64,000 bases of DNA from Candidatus Poriferihabitaceae bacterium (lineage in GTDB: Bacteria; Pseudomonadota; Gammaproteobacteria; Arenicellales; Poriferihabitantaceae). The stretch's first letter is position 1; the number at the start of each line of letters is the position of its first letter. Position numbers and translations under genes: made by a program. Positions 41,494 through 51,505 of this stretch are shown one piece after another. A model generated the notes under the pieces. That model saw only the letters and a list, made by a program, of their open reading frames with translations, had not been told where the DNA came from and searched no databases. Where the stretch lies: NCBI GenBank assembly GCA_965221795.1, contig OZ244914.1, positions 303,180 to 367,179 on the forward strand. The letters are read 5' to 3'.

Positions 41494-41620
41494 ATAGCAA
41501 ATCGAGAAGCGGTCGATTTCCTTTTCGCAAGCAAATTGACCCTTTGTGCGGGCTCGGTGTCCCAAGGTCATCCACCGGTTTTCTAAAGCCGCCGTTTCCA
41601 TTCGGAGGCTTTATTGCTTG
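41494..41620 (+). ncRNA. predicted tracrRNA (divergent from cas9)
   Basis: The anti-repeat at 41495-41532 (TAGCAAATCGAGAAGCGGTCGATTTCCTTTTCGCAAGC) is complementary to the +-strand repeat: 21 consecutive pairs including 2 G:U, then a bulged continuation to repeat position 1. Downstream lie hairpins CGGTG-13 nt-CACCG followed by GTTTTCT, and AAAGCCGCCG-8 nt-CGGAGGCTTT followed by ATT. The ends are approximate. Confidence 0.6.
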
Positions 41621-41799
41621 TGTGCTGGAAATCAGTTTGCAAGCTGAATGGTTACTGATTGGCAAGCGGTGTGTACACCACAGGACTTCGGCTGGCGTCT
41701 GGTGTAAGAATGCCAGAGTGACCGCGCATCGGTTTCCGGGGCCGGATTACCCAGCGATGGCTTCGGACGCAGTCTTGAGATAGCCGGGGGCAGGCCGGA

Positions 41800-42285
41800 T
41801 TACCCTGCCATTTTCCTGTGGCCGGTCCGGCGTCCCCGGCACCGAGGATAGTTCACGCACCCAAGAAACGGGCCGTACTTGCCTGTCCGCTCGACCAGCC
41901 AGCCGTCGGGGCATGCCGGGCAGGACCGAAAGGTCGCCCCGCAGGCGCATTTGCTGGTGTCCGACACGGCTTCGTTTCGGAGCGGCAGTCCGGCACCGCA
42001 GGCCGCGCACACGGGCAGGCTCGCGCCGCAATGATGCCTATGCTCGCAGGCATACCGGAATCTGCCGTCCGGCACCAGATGCCCTTCACATCTTGGACAG
42101 CGATACCGGCGACGCCTGTTCTGCCCCGTTTTCATCATGTCTGTCATTTCCGCTACCTCATACTCCCCGTCCTCCAGCAGTTCGTTCACGAAGTCCGACG
42201 GCTGATCCGGCCTGGCGATGATCGTGACCGACCTGCGCACCCGGATGTTCGACCCTGGAAGAAGGCGTAACAAGACGACATTCAC
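41800..42285 (-). pseudogene. 3' remnant of a helicase-type gene with Cys-rich zinc ribbons and a topoisomerase-type C4 zinc finger
   Basis: The N-terminus VRRSVTIIARPDQPSDFVNELL resembles the extreme C-terminus of UvrD-like helicase cores. It is followed by CPRC/CxxC clusters and GKYGPFLGCVNYPRC (zf-C4_Topoisom-like). No helicase body lies upstream. Confidence 0.4.
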
Positions 42286-42552
42286 TTTCTTTGCTTCCGC
42301 TCAATAAACTACAACAAAGTTGTCAGCTTCCAGAAACCCGAATGGAGATAAAGGGTAGCGATGCGGGACAAGGATGAGGGCCGCAGCAGGTTGGTTGGCG
42401 AGAAATAAATACCTGGAGCCCGACATCCGGTTGAAGTCGCCACTACGACGGGGCTGCATCCATTGGGAAGAATCGAATAAAATTCCACCTCCGCTGGTCG
42501 ACGGAACACCGTACCAGTGTACTTTCCAAGAGACCACAATTCTTTTCCGACA

Positions 42553-43515
42553 ATGAACATTCTGATCGCCGATAAATTCCCGGACTCACACCGGACTGAA
42601 CTGGAAAATCTGGGACATCGCATTCGTCTCGACCCTGCCCTGACAGAAGATACCCTCGCATCAGCCATTGGGGATCATGATGTTTTGATCGTACGCAGCA
42701 CCCGTGTGAATGCCACCACGCTGGATGCCGGCAACCATCTGAAACTCGTCATTCGTGCGGGGGCCGGTACCAATACCATTGACTGTGATCATGCAGCGAG
42801 CCGCAACATCCGAGTCTGCAATGTGCCCGGCGCGAATGCCCTGGCCGTGGCCGAACTCGTATTCGGATTGATCATTTGCATCAATCGCCTTCTGCCTGAC
42901 AATGTGGCTGACCTCCGAAACGGAGTCTGGAACAAGAAGAAATACAGCCAATCAGTTGGGTTGCATGGACAAAGTCTGGGGTTGCTCGGAATGGGTTCCA
43001 TCGGCCTGGCCGTGGCCGAACGTGCCCATGCCTTTGGCATCCAGGTCCTTGCGGTTCACAAGCAAGAACGTCACGAATCGACCCAAAAACGAATGGCTGC
43101 AGCCGAGGTGATTGAAGTCGACGATCAGGGCTCGCTGCTGACCCAATCGGATATCGTCTCCCTACACCTCCCGGCAACCGAGAATACCCGGGGCATGGTC
43201 AACGGAGACTTCCTGGCCAACATGAAACCGGGGGCTATCCTGATCAATACGTCCCGCGGAGAGCTGGTCGACGAAACCGCCTTGCTGAGTGCTCTGGAAA
43301 ACCGCGGCCTCCGGGCTGGGCTGGATGTCTACCAGAACGAGCCAACCGGTGCCGAAGGAACTTTCCAATCGGCACTTGCCCAGCATCCATCTGTGTATGG
43401 CACACACCATATTGGGGCCTCCACCCGTCAGGCCCAGACCGCCGTAGCCGACGGTGTGATCCACATTATCCGGGCATTTGGAGAAGGCCGTATTCTCAAC
43501 TGTGTCAATCAGTGA
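42553..43515 (+). CDS. serA: D-3-phosphoglycerate dehydrogenase-like 2-hydroxyacid dehydrogenase (short form, no ACT domain)
   Basis: NAD-binding GLLGMGSIGLAVA and catalytic residues (INTSRGELVDE...HIGAST). It is adjacent to serC. The ATG at 42553 (MNILIADKF) is used. Confidence 0.75.
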   Translation: MNILIADKFPDSHRTELENLGHRIRLDPALTEDTLASAIGDHDVLIVRSTRVNATTLDAGNHLKLVIRAGAGTNTIDCDHAASRNIRVCNVPGANALAVAELVFGLIICINRLLPDNVADLRNGVWNKKKYSQSVGLHGQSLGLLGMGSIGLAVAERAHAFGIQVLAVHKQERHESTQKRMAAAEVIEVDDQGSLLTQSDIVSLHLPATENTRGMVNGDFLANMKPGAILINTSRGELVDETALLSALENRGLRAGLDVYQNEPTGAEGTFQSALAQHPSVYGTHHIGASTRQAQTAVADGVIHIIRAFGEGRILNCVNQ

Positions 43516-43609
43516 ATACTGAGCGTACATTCCGGCTATGGTCCACTCACTGCTTCCGAGGCCCGACGAACCCGTACCCGACCCACAATTACCCTATCCG
43601 AAGATCCAT

Positions 43610-44695
43610 ATGACCATCCGCAAACATAATTTCAGTGCAGGGCCCTGCATATTGCCCCTCCCGGTTCTGCAAGAAGCCCAAGAAGAGTTCGTTGACTACC
43701 ATGGCACTGGCATGTCACTGATTGAAATGAGCCACCGTGGCAAGCATTTTGATGCCGTAGCCAATGAAGCGATCACTCTGGCGATGGAAGTATCGGGAGC
43801 CCCGGATGAGTTCAGCGTGCTGTTTCTTCAAGGCGGAGCCCTGCTGCAGTTTGCCATGGTTCCCATGAACCTGCTCAAACCGGGAACACGGGCTGGCTAC
43901 CTGCACACCGGTACCTGGGCCAAGGGAGCCATCACAGATGCCCGTGAATACGGGGACACATACATCGCCTGGGATGGCGAGGAAGGAAATTTTACCCGCA
44001 TGCCCACCAGCGGGGAAATTCGCCTGCAAGACAACACTCGCTACCTGCATGTCACCAGCAACGAAACCATTGGTGGAATTCGCCTCCACGAATGGCCGGA
44101 AGTGGATGTTCCCATGGTCGGGGATATGTCATCGGACTACCTGTCCCGACCGATTCCCTGGCACAAGTTCGATATCGTTTATGGCGGCGTTCAAAAAAAC
44201 CTCGGCCCGGCGGGAATGGCAGTCGTCTTCATTCGCAAATCAATCCTGGAAGAGACCAATCGGAATATCGGACGCTACCTCCGTTATGATATCCAGGAGT
44301 CCAAGCATTCCATGTTCAACACCCCACCGGTATTCACCATTTACATGTTGGGCAAGGTGCTCAAATGGATGAAAGCCGAAGGAGGGATTCTCGCGATGGA
44401 AGCTCGTGCCGCCGCCAAATCCAACTTGCTGTACGACACTATTGATCAAAGCGGGGGATTTTACCAGTGTCCGGTGGATGTTGCTTCCCGCTCACACATG
44501 AATGTGGTGTTCCGTCTGCCGAGTGCAGAGCTGGAAGTGGACTTTCTGCAAAAAGCGGCGCAGGCGGACTTGTTGAACCTGAAGGGACATCGCAGTGTTG
44601 GGGGTTGTCGCGCCAGCCTGTATAACGCCCTACCCCACAAAAGTGTGGTCGCTCTGACCGAATTCATGCAATCTTTCCAGTCCGATCACGGCTGA
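43610..44695 (+). CDS. serC: phosphoserine aminotransferase
   Basis: N-terminal FSAGPCILPLPVLQEAQEEF, the PLP-lysine region GGVQKNLGPAG and a C-terminal RASLYNALP. The ATG at 43610 is used. Confidence 0.9.
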   Translation: MTIRKHNFSAGPCILPLPVLQEAQEEFVDYHGTGMSLIEMSHRGKHFDAVANEAITLAMEVSGAPDEFSVLFLQGGALLQFAMVPMNLLKPGTRAGYLHTGTWAKGAITDAREYGDTYIAWDGEEGNFTRMPTSGEIRLQDNTRYLHVTSNETIGGIRLHEWPEVDVPMVGDMSSDYLSRPIPWHKFDIVYGGVQKNLGPAGMAVVFIRKSILEETNRNIGRYLRYDIQESKHSMFNTPPVFTIYMLGKVLKWMKAEGGILAMEARAAAKSNLLYDTIDQSGGFYQCPVDVASRSHMNVVFRLPSAELEVDFLQKAAQADLLNLKGHRSVGGCRASLYNALPHKSVVALTEFMQSFQSDHG

Positions 44696-44713
44696 CACGC
44701 CCTCCTTATCTCC

Positions 44714-45952
44714 ATGCCGAAGATCAAGCCATTTGATGGATACCTTGTCAAGGATGAATTTGCCGCTTCCGTGGTCGCACCGGAATACGATACCGTACCG
44801 GCGGCAACGCGACGTATGTTTGCCGACAACAATCCCCAAAATTTCCTCAATACTATCCGGTTGATGGAGGACTTTGATCCGGACAATCCACCTTCGCATG
44901 AAGAACTGATCGAGTTCAATCGCAAAAACCTCCGTCGCCTGCTGGATCAGGGCCTGTTCCACCGCGTCCAGAAGCCTTGTATCTTCATTTATGAACTCGG
45001 CCATCTCGACCACATTCAGGCCGGGATTGTTTGCGAAATTCCTGCGGATGAATACCAACAGGGCCATATCAAAAAACATGAGAATACCCGACGGAACCAG
45101 GAAGACCTGCTGACCCAATACCAGCAAGCGATCGGCGTTGCTTCCTGCCCGATTTCTCTGGCCTACCCGGCCAACGCCGCCATTGACCGGTTTATCCACC
45201 AACAGAAAGCCCTGCCACCGGCCCTGGATTTCACCACCGGAGATGGAGTACACCAGCGAGTGTGGTGTATTGAAGACGTGGCACTGCAACAGGAGTTGTC
45301 GCGCCTGTTCGAAACCGTTACCGATACCTATCTGACAGACGGACACCATCGTGCCGCTTCCGGCTGGCGCTATACCGAACTCATGCGTTCACAAAAGGGA
45401 GGCGACGGCAACCAGCCACATGAACATCTGCTGGTCGCCCTGTTTTCTGATCATGCACTGCAGCTGTTACCCTACCATCGCTGTGTGCGGGACCTCGGCA
45501 CATTGAGCGTCAGAGATTTCCTGACCGCACTACAGAAGGATTTCTCCGTATCGGAGGTAGAAGAGGCATCCGACATTGTGCCCAAGGCCCATGGGGAATT
45601 CGGTATGTATCTGGGCGACAGGTGGTATCGGCTCGTGATCAAAACGGGGCGTATTCACCCGAACGATCCGGTCCTTTCCCTGGATGTCTCGCTGTTGCAA
45701 GACTATATTCTGGGTCCCATTTGCAACATCCAGGATTTCCGCACCGACACCCGACTCGGCTACGTGCCGGGCCCTGCAGGATTGTCCGGTCTGGAGCAAA
45801 AAGTGCATGAAGGTTGGGCAATCGCATTTGCCTGCCACGCCACCTCCATGGAACAGCTGTTCCATGTTGCAGACAACGGCTGCCTGATGCCGCCGAAATC
45901 CACCTATTTTGACCCCAAGACCCGTTCCGGAATCTGGATACGGTTCAAATAG
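44714..45952 (+). CDS. DUF1015 domain-containing protein
   Basis: 412 aa with N-terminal MPKIKPF and a central YLTDGHHRAAS segment typical of DUF1015. It lies 18 nt downstream of serC. Confidence 0.7.
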   Translation: MPKIKPFDGYLVKDEFAASVVAPEYDTVPAATRRMFADNNPQNFLNTIRLMEDFDPDNPPSHEELIEFNRKNLRRLLDQGLFHRVQKPCIFIYELGHLDHIQAGIVCEIPADEYQQGHIKKHENTRRNQEDLLTQYQQAIGVASCPISLAYPANAAIDRFIHQQKALPPALDFTTGDGVHQRVWCIEDVALQQELSRLFETVTDTYLTDGHHRAASGWRYTELMRSQKGGDGNQPHEHLLVALFSDHALQLLPYHRCVRDLGTLSVRDFLTALQKDFSVSEVEEASDIVPKAHGEFGMYLGDRWYRLVIKTGRIHPNDPVLSLDVSLLQDYILGPICNIQDFRTDTRLGYVPGPAGLSGLEQKVHEGWAIAFACHATSMEQLFHVADNGCLMPPKSTYFDPKTRSGIWIRFK

Positions 45953-46102
45953 CGGTTCGTGCCATCGTGTTCAAACGTCTGGCATGGTCGCTGGGATTGC
46001 TGCGGACCGGCAACACCGGAATCGACGCTCCAAGCCAGAGAGAAAACCCGCCCAATATATCTATCGTCAAACCACGACGTAATACGGTCATTCTCCTTCC
46101 GT

Positions 46103-46942
46103 CTATTGCATCGTACCGCTGGCGACCCGAGGGATTCCTGCCAAATCAGCAAGGGTTTCAACCTGAGAAAAGCCCGCGACCTGGAGCATCTTTTGTACGG
46201 CTTCCGCTTGATCAAAGCCATGCTCCAGCATCAAACGGCCATTTGGCAACAGGGATGACGGAGCACCCGAGACAATGGTCTGGAGATCCGCCAGTCCACT
46301 CTCCCCGGAGACCAATGCCTCCCGAGGTTCGTATCGGACTTCACCGGACAGATACGGATGATCGGTGGCGACATAGGGCGGATTGGCCAGAATCAGGTCA
46401 AACCTTCCTCCCCGGATTTCCGAATACCAATCGGAAACCAAAAACCGGACATTATCGATTTCCAGTTGCTTGGCATTTTCCTGCGCAATCTCAATAGCAT
46501 GGGGTGACCGGTCCACGGCCACAATCTGGACATCCGGACGTTCACTGGCCAAAGCCAGGGCAATGGGGCCACAACCAGTGCCGAGATCCAGCACCTGACC
46601 GGCTTTCTCGGGCAGGCACTGCAGCCCCCGCTCCACCAGCAGTTCCGTCTCCGGACGAGGAATCAGTACCCGAGGCGTCACCCGCAGACGCAGAGACCAA
46701 AATTCCTTTTCTCCCGTCAGATAAGCCACCGGGACACCCCGTGAACGCGCTTTGATCCAGCGGAAATATTGTTTCAGCAACGAGTCTTCCAGCTTCCATT
46801 CCGGATGCGCCAATAACCAGGCTCGCTGCTGCCGCACCAAATGGGACATCAGGACTTCGGCATCGAGTCGAGGGGAATGGGTCAAACCTTGCCGCAGCAT
46901 TTCGGTCGCTTTGCCGAGTAACGATGCAATATCGCGTTTCAT
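46103..46942 (-). CDS. prmC: peptide chain release factor N5-glutamine methyltransferase
   Basis: SAM motif [14 protein letters not shown] and catalytic NPPY (ILANPPYV). It overlaps the prfA stop by 4 nt. Confidence 0.9.
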   Translation of the reverse strand: MKRDIASLLGKATEMLRQGLTHSPRLDAEVLMSHLVRQQRAWLLAHPEWKLEDSLLKQYFRWIKARSRGVPVAYLTGEKEFWSLRLRVTPRVLIPRPETELLVERGLQCLPEKAGQVLDLGTGCGPIALALASERPDVQIVAVDRSPHAIEIAQENAKQLEIDNVRFLVSDWYSEIRGGRFDLILANPPYVATDHPYLSGEVRYEPREALVSGESGLADLQTIVSGAPSSLLPNGRLMLEHGFDQAEAVQKMLQVAGFSQVETLADLAGIPRVASGTMQ

Positions 46943-48027
46943 CTATCCAAGGCCAATTCTGCCAATAGATGGGCCTGATGCTCGGTCATCAAGGGCCCAA
47001 TCACCGGATCAAGATCCCCTCCCAGAATATCGTCCAACTTGTACAATGTCAGATTAATGCGATGATCGGTCACTCGACCCTGAGGGAAATTATACGTCCG
47101 AATCCGTTCAGAGCGGTCACCGCTCCCGACCAGGGATTTTCGAGTCATGGCCGTCGCTTCTCGTTGCTGGCGCTGTTCCGCTTCCAGTAACCGGGAGGCC
47201 AGTATGGACAGGGCACGGGCACGATTCTTATGCTGGGAGCGTTCGTCCTGGCATTCCACTACAATGCCACTGGGCAGATGGGTGATGCGAATGGCGGAGT
47301 CCGTTTTGTTGACGTGCTGGCCACCAGCGCCGGAAGCACGAAAGGTGTCCACCCGAATCTCTTCCGGACTGATATCGACCGAATCCACCTCCTCCACCTC
47401 CGGCAGGATAGCCACAGTGCAGGCGGAGGTATGGATCCGTCCCTGGGATTCGGTTTCCGGGACTCGTTGCACCCGATGTGCTCCGGATTCGAACTTAAGA
47501 CGGGAATACGCCCCCTGACCTGCAATGCGACAAATGATTTCCTTGTATCCACCATGATCCCCCTCACTGCGGGTCAACACCTCCACCGCCCAGCCCTGGC
47601 GGGCCGCATAACCATGGTACATCCGGTACAGATCCCCGGAAAACAGGGCCGCTTCATCTCCCCCCGTTCCGGCCCGGATCTCCAGAAAGAGGTTACGGCG
47701 ATCATTGGGGTCCTTGGGCAAAAGCAGGGTTCGCAGGATTTCTTCATACTGGGTCAGGGATTGCTCCAGTATGGGCAATTCTTCTCGGGCCAGGGCGCGA
47801 ATCTGCGGATCGTTATCCTCAAGCATCTCCCGCATCTCCGCAACTTCCCGTTCTAGACGACAGAAAACTGCGAACGGCTCGACCACCACATCAAGATCCG
47901 ACAATTCGATGGTCAGCTGACGGTATTCTTCCTGACGTGCAATCACCTCAGGATCCGACAACAGCATCTGGATTTCCTCATGCCGGTCCCGGATTCGTTG
48001 TAACTTTTGCAATGTCGAGGGATTCAT
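46939..48027 (-). CDS. prfA: peptide chain release factor 1
   Basis: GGQ motif ([19 protein letters not shown]) and the RF1-type PxT region. The ORF-track start at 48036 is GTG. The ATG at 48027 (MNPSTLQKL) matches the canonical N-terminus. Confidence 0.93.
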   Translation of the reverse strand: MNPSTLQKLQRIRDRHEEIQMLLSDPEVIARQEEYRQLTIELSDLDVVVEPFAVFCRLEREVAEMREMLEDNDPQIRALAREELPILEQSLTQYEEILRTLLLPKDPNDRRNLFLEIRAGTGGDEAALFSGDLYRMYHGYAARQGWAVEVLTRSEGDHGGYKEIICRIAGQGAYSRLKFESGAHRVQRVPETESQGRIHTSACTVAILPEVEEVDSVDISPEEIRVDTFRASGAGGQHVNKTDSAIRITHLPSGIVVECQDERSQHKNRARALSILASRLLEAEQRQQREATAMTRKSLVGSGDRSERIRTYNFPQGRVTDHRINLTLYKLDDILGGDLDPVIGPLMTEHQAHLLAELALDR

Positions 48028-48104
48028 CGTGGCCACAAGTGCATGGATGGCAGGAACAGGCTACGTATGGGAGCCACCCCGGCCATACACAGGCCGGGAC
48101 GGAG

Positions 48105-49352
48105 CTACAGCCCGAACAGCTTGCGGGCTGCCGACAACAGCCCGGGAGAGTCATCCAGATCCGCCTGTTTCAGTTGTTGACTCGGGTGATGAGCAAACTT
48201 GTGGGTCAGGTCCCGTGCCAGTTGTTCAATGACCTGATCCGGGTCCATGCCGCGTGCCAGACGGGTCCGGGCTTTGCTCAGTTCTGCCTTGCGAATGTCA
48301 TCCATCTTGCCACGAAATGTTCGGATGAACGGCTCGGATTGCAGCGAGCGCATCCAACGCATGAAGCGGATCACCTGCAGGTCAATGATGGTCTCGGCTT
48401 CTCGGGCAGCCTGTTGTCGCATATACTGGTTTTGCTTCACCACCGATTGAAGATCGTCTACCGTGTAGAGATAGACATCCGCCAGGTCCCCCACTTGGGG
48501 TTCCACATCTCTCGGCACGGCGAGATCCAGTATCAGCATGGGACGACGACGACGCTGGCGGATCGCCCATTCCACCGCACCCTTCCCCAGAATGGGGAGG
48601 GTACTGGCTGTGGACGATACGACTATATCGGCCTGGTGAAGGCAATGCGGAATTTCCGCCAGGGAAATGGCCTTGCATTGGACCGCCTGCACCAGTCGTT
48701 TGGCGCGATCAATCGAACGGTTGGCCACCATCAGGTTGTGCACCTGCTTCTCTTTCAAGTGACGGGCTACCAATTCGATGGTTTCTCCGGCACCAATGAG
48801 CAGTACGGTGAGGGTCGACAAATCCGAAAACACCCGCTCTGCCAGACTGACCCCGGCATACGCAACTGAAACCGGATTGGAACCGATGGACGTATCGGTG
48901 CGTATTTGCTTGGCCACATGGAAGGTGTGCTGGAACAACCGATGGAAAATCTTCCCGGTCGTGCCTGCTTCGTTCGCCCGACAGAACGCGTCCTTCATCT
49001 GCCCCAGTATCTGCGATTCTCCCAGTACCATCGAATCGAGACCTGAGGCCACACGAAACGCATGTTTCACCGCCCGGTCATTCGGATGCACATACAGACT
49101 GTGTTGCAGGTCCCGGTGGTTGAGATGCGTCTGCGCAGACAGCCAATCGATCACCCGTTGTGGGTCCAGGGTCTCATGCCCGCAATAGACCTCCGTCCGA
49201 TTGCAGGTTGACAAAATGGCCGCTTCTGCCGCGATTCTCGATTTCGCAAGATCTTCCAGTGCATCGCCCATGATGTCCGGGCCAAAGGCTACCCGTTCGC
49301 GCAGCTCCAAAGGCGCAGTTTCATGGTTCAGACCCAAAGCGATCAGTTGCAC
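48105..49352 (-). CDS. hemA: glutamyl-tRNA reductase
   Basis: 415 aa with N-terminal LGLNHETAPLELRERV and the active-site region STCNRTEVY. Confidence 0.93.
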   Translation of the reverse strand: MQLIALGLNHETAPLELRERVAFGPDIMGDALEDLAKSRIAAEAAILSTCNRTEVYCGHETLDPQRVIDWLSAQTHLNHRDLQHSLYVHPNDRAVKHAFRVASGLDSMVLGESQILGQMKDAFCRANEAGTTGKIFHRLFQHTFHVAKQIRTDTSIGSNPVSVAYAGVSLAERVFSDLSTLTVLLIGAGETIELVARHLKEKQVHNLMVANRSIDRAKRLVQAVQCKAISLAEIPHCLHQADIVVSSTASTLPILGKGAVEWAIRQRRRRPMLILDLAVPRDVEPQVGDLADVYLYTVDDLQSVVKQNQYMRQQAAREAETIIDLQVIRFMRWMRSLQSEPFIRTFRGKMDDIRKAELSKARTRLARGMDPDQVIEQLARDLTHKFAHHPSQQLKQADLDDSPGLLSAARKLFGL

Positions 49353-49542
49353 AGTACGAAATTCATAAGGTACGGGATATACCTTTGTTTTGTATTATAA
49401 TCCGTCTTCAACCTGATTTCCTTATCCCGTCCAACTGCGGTCCTCCGGAGCCGCTCGGACGGGAATCCCGGTTTTCCGGCCGGTCCTCTGTGCAATGACT
49501 TTCTGACCGGCCAAGGCCACCTCACAATTCACCGGTTTCACC

Positions 49543-51480
49543 ATGATCCCTTTGCGTGACGCCAACCCATCGATTCTGCCCGAAAAGCGGCTTTCCGTAC
49601 CGTATCGGTACGGACCGATCTCTCGTTCGGCAACACTCGCTACTCGCGTCCAGCGGGTCGCAATCGGGTCGATTCTGGTTTTGGTCATGATGTTGGGTGC
49701 CTGTACGACTGCCGAGTTCACAGACGAGCCCGCACTCCCGACAACCGTCGGATCCATTCCCCCGTCCGAGCAATCTGAAGACCACACTGGTACCGAGCCA
49801 TCCGGAACGAAAACCGTCCATACCAACCTGGCCCCGGAACTCCTGTATGATTTGCTGCTGGCTTCGGTCGCCAATCAGCGCGACCAGCCGGAAACGGCAT
49901 TGGAGGCTTTGGTTCGTGCCGCCTATCAATCCAGAGACAGCGAAGTCACCGTCCAAGCCATTCTGCTTGCGTTGCGCCTCCATGACAGTCTCCAGGCCAT
50001 TGAGCTGTCCCGGTTGCTGTTGGACCTGAAACCGGACGACCCCGACGCAATGATTCTGCTGGCGACTGCCCAGATCGACGGCCAGCTCGTCGATTTCGCT
50101 GCGGATACCCTGTTGGAATTGATCGAAACACAGGACATCGACAACGAAGACGTACTGCAGGAAGTTGCAGAGCTGATCGTCCGCCAACCGGAATCTCCCC
50201 GAACGCAACTCCGGTCCCGCCTGGAACAGGCTGTCGAGGGAGGCAACCTCATGGTACTCTATACTACCGCACTCGTTGCTTTCCAGCTGGACGAGGCAGA
50301 ACGTGCCAACGCCCTGTTGGAACGAGTCCTGGACCAACAACCCCGCTGGGAGACAGCCGCGATCCTGAAGCTCTTGTATCTCGCGGAAAGTGCACCGGAA
50401 GAACTGGATACCTGGGCGAAAGAATTTCTCCGCTCCGAACCGGCGGCAGAGCGTTTTCAAATTCGATTGGGGCAGGTACTACTCCAGAAAGAACGTCTGG
50501 ACGATGCCTTGGCGCAGTTCAATGCCGTGCTGGATTTGAACCCGGATTCAGCAGATGCACTTTTTGCGGCAGCTGTCATTTACATGGAACGCGAAGAGGT
50601 CGAGCCGGCAGAACGGCTATTTCTGCACTACCTTGAGCATCACACACGGGAAGGAGACCAAGCCAGAATCTATCTGGCACAACTGCTGGAGGACCAGGAA
50701 CGGTATCAAGAAGCCTCGACTCTGTTGCGCCAGGTAGAGTCCTACCCCTATTACCTGGAAGCACAAATCATGTTGTCCGGTATCCTTGCGGAAAAAAAAG
50801 GTGTGGAAGCCGGGCTCAGTTCTCTTCGCGGCATTATCGCTCACAATGAACCCGATGCGGTACGCCTGATTCTGGAACAGAGTATCCTCCTTCGGGAGTT
50901 TGATCTCATGGAACGCTCGCTGGCATTGCTCACAGAAGCCCTCGTGGCACGACCCGAGCACCCCCAGTTACTCTACAGTCGGGGTTTGCTGGCCGCACAG
51001 ATGGAGCGGATTGGTATCGTCGAGGAGGATATGCGGCGGCTGATCCAACTCCAACCAGACAATGCCCATGCCTATAATGCACTGGGATACACACTGGCAG
51101 ACATTACCGACCGCTACGATGAGGCATCCGAACTCCTCATCCGAGCTTTGGAAATCCGCCCGGAAGACCCCTATATACTGGACAGCATGGGTTGGTTGCT
51201 ATACCGAACTGGCAATCTGGACCAGTCGCTGGAATACCTTGAAAAAGCCTGGGGTTACATGAAAGACTCAGAGATTGCGGCCCATTTGGGGGAAGTGCTT
51301 TGGCAACTGGGCCGCCGCTCCGAGGCAAAAAAAATCTGGCAGCAAGGCCAGCAATCTGATCCGGACAATACCACACTGCTGGAAACCATGGGCCGATTCC
51401 TTGGTACCCCATCCGACCGTCCATCCATCCGCTCCCAATCGACCGAGTATCAGTTCCCGGGAGCACTGTACCCGGCCTGA
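49543..51480 (+). CDS. TPR-repeat lipoprotein-like protein
   Basis: Multiple TPR units (e.g. AHAYNALGYTLAD...EDPYILDSMGWLLYRTG) and a lipobox-like LVMMLGAC. The start is uncertain because the lipobox lies about 50 aa into the ORF. Confidence 0.65.
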   Translation: MIPLRDANPSILPEKRLSVPYRYGPISRSATLATRVQRVAIGSILVLVMMLGACTTAEFTDEPALPTTVGSIPPSEQSEDHTGTEPSGTKTVHTNLAPELLYDLLLASVANQRDQPETALEALVRAAYQSRDSEVTVQAILLALRLHDSLQAIELSRLLLDLKPDDPDAMILLATAQIDGQLVDFAADTLLELIETQDIDNEDVLQEVAELIVRQPESPRTQLRSRLEQAVEGGNLMVLYTTALVAFQLDEAERANALLERVLDQQPRWETAAILKLLYLAESAPEELDTWAKEFLRSEPAAERFQIRLGQVLLQKERLDDALAQFNAVLDLNPDSADALFAAAVIYMEREEVEPAERLFLHYLEHHTREGDQARIYLAQLLEDQERYQEASTLLRQVESYPYYLEAQIMLSGILAEKKGVEAGLSSLRGIIAHNEPDAVRLILEQSILLREFDLMERSLALLTEALVARPEHPQLLYSRGLLAAQMERIGIVEEDMRRLIQLQPDNAHAYNALGYTLADITDRYDEASELLIRALEIRPEDPYILDSMGWLLYRTGNLDQSLEYLEKAWGYMKDSEIAAHLGEVLWQLGRRSEAKKIWQQGQQSDPDNTTLLETMGRFLGTPSDRPSIRSQSTEYQFPGALYPA

Positions 51481-51505
51481 AGATTGCATCTCTTCCCCTG
51501 AAGCC

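Noticed and set aside
41400-41532. Minus-strand polarity for crRNA and tracrRNA, suggested because the repeat reverse complement starts AGTGTAGC, which is reminiscent of the GTTGTAGC found in other II-C repeats
   Set aside because: A minus-strand tracrRNA would run straight into the cas9 start codon with no hairpins or terminator. The + strand version has a promoter, a bulged duplex and terminal hairpins, and the repeat 3' end carries a + strand extended -10. The polarity still needs RNA data.
41439-41534. The longer cas9 ORF starting at 41534 (MLAKRKSTASRFAMETIL...)
   Set aside because: The conserved RuvC-I motif follows the Met at 41438. The extension has no Cas9 homology and coincides with the anti-repeat and promoter of the predicted tracrRNA.
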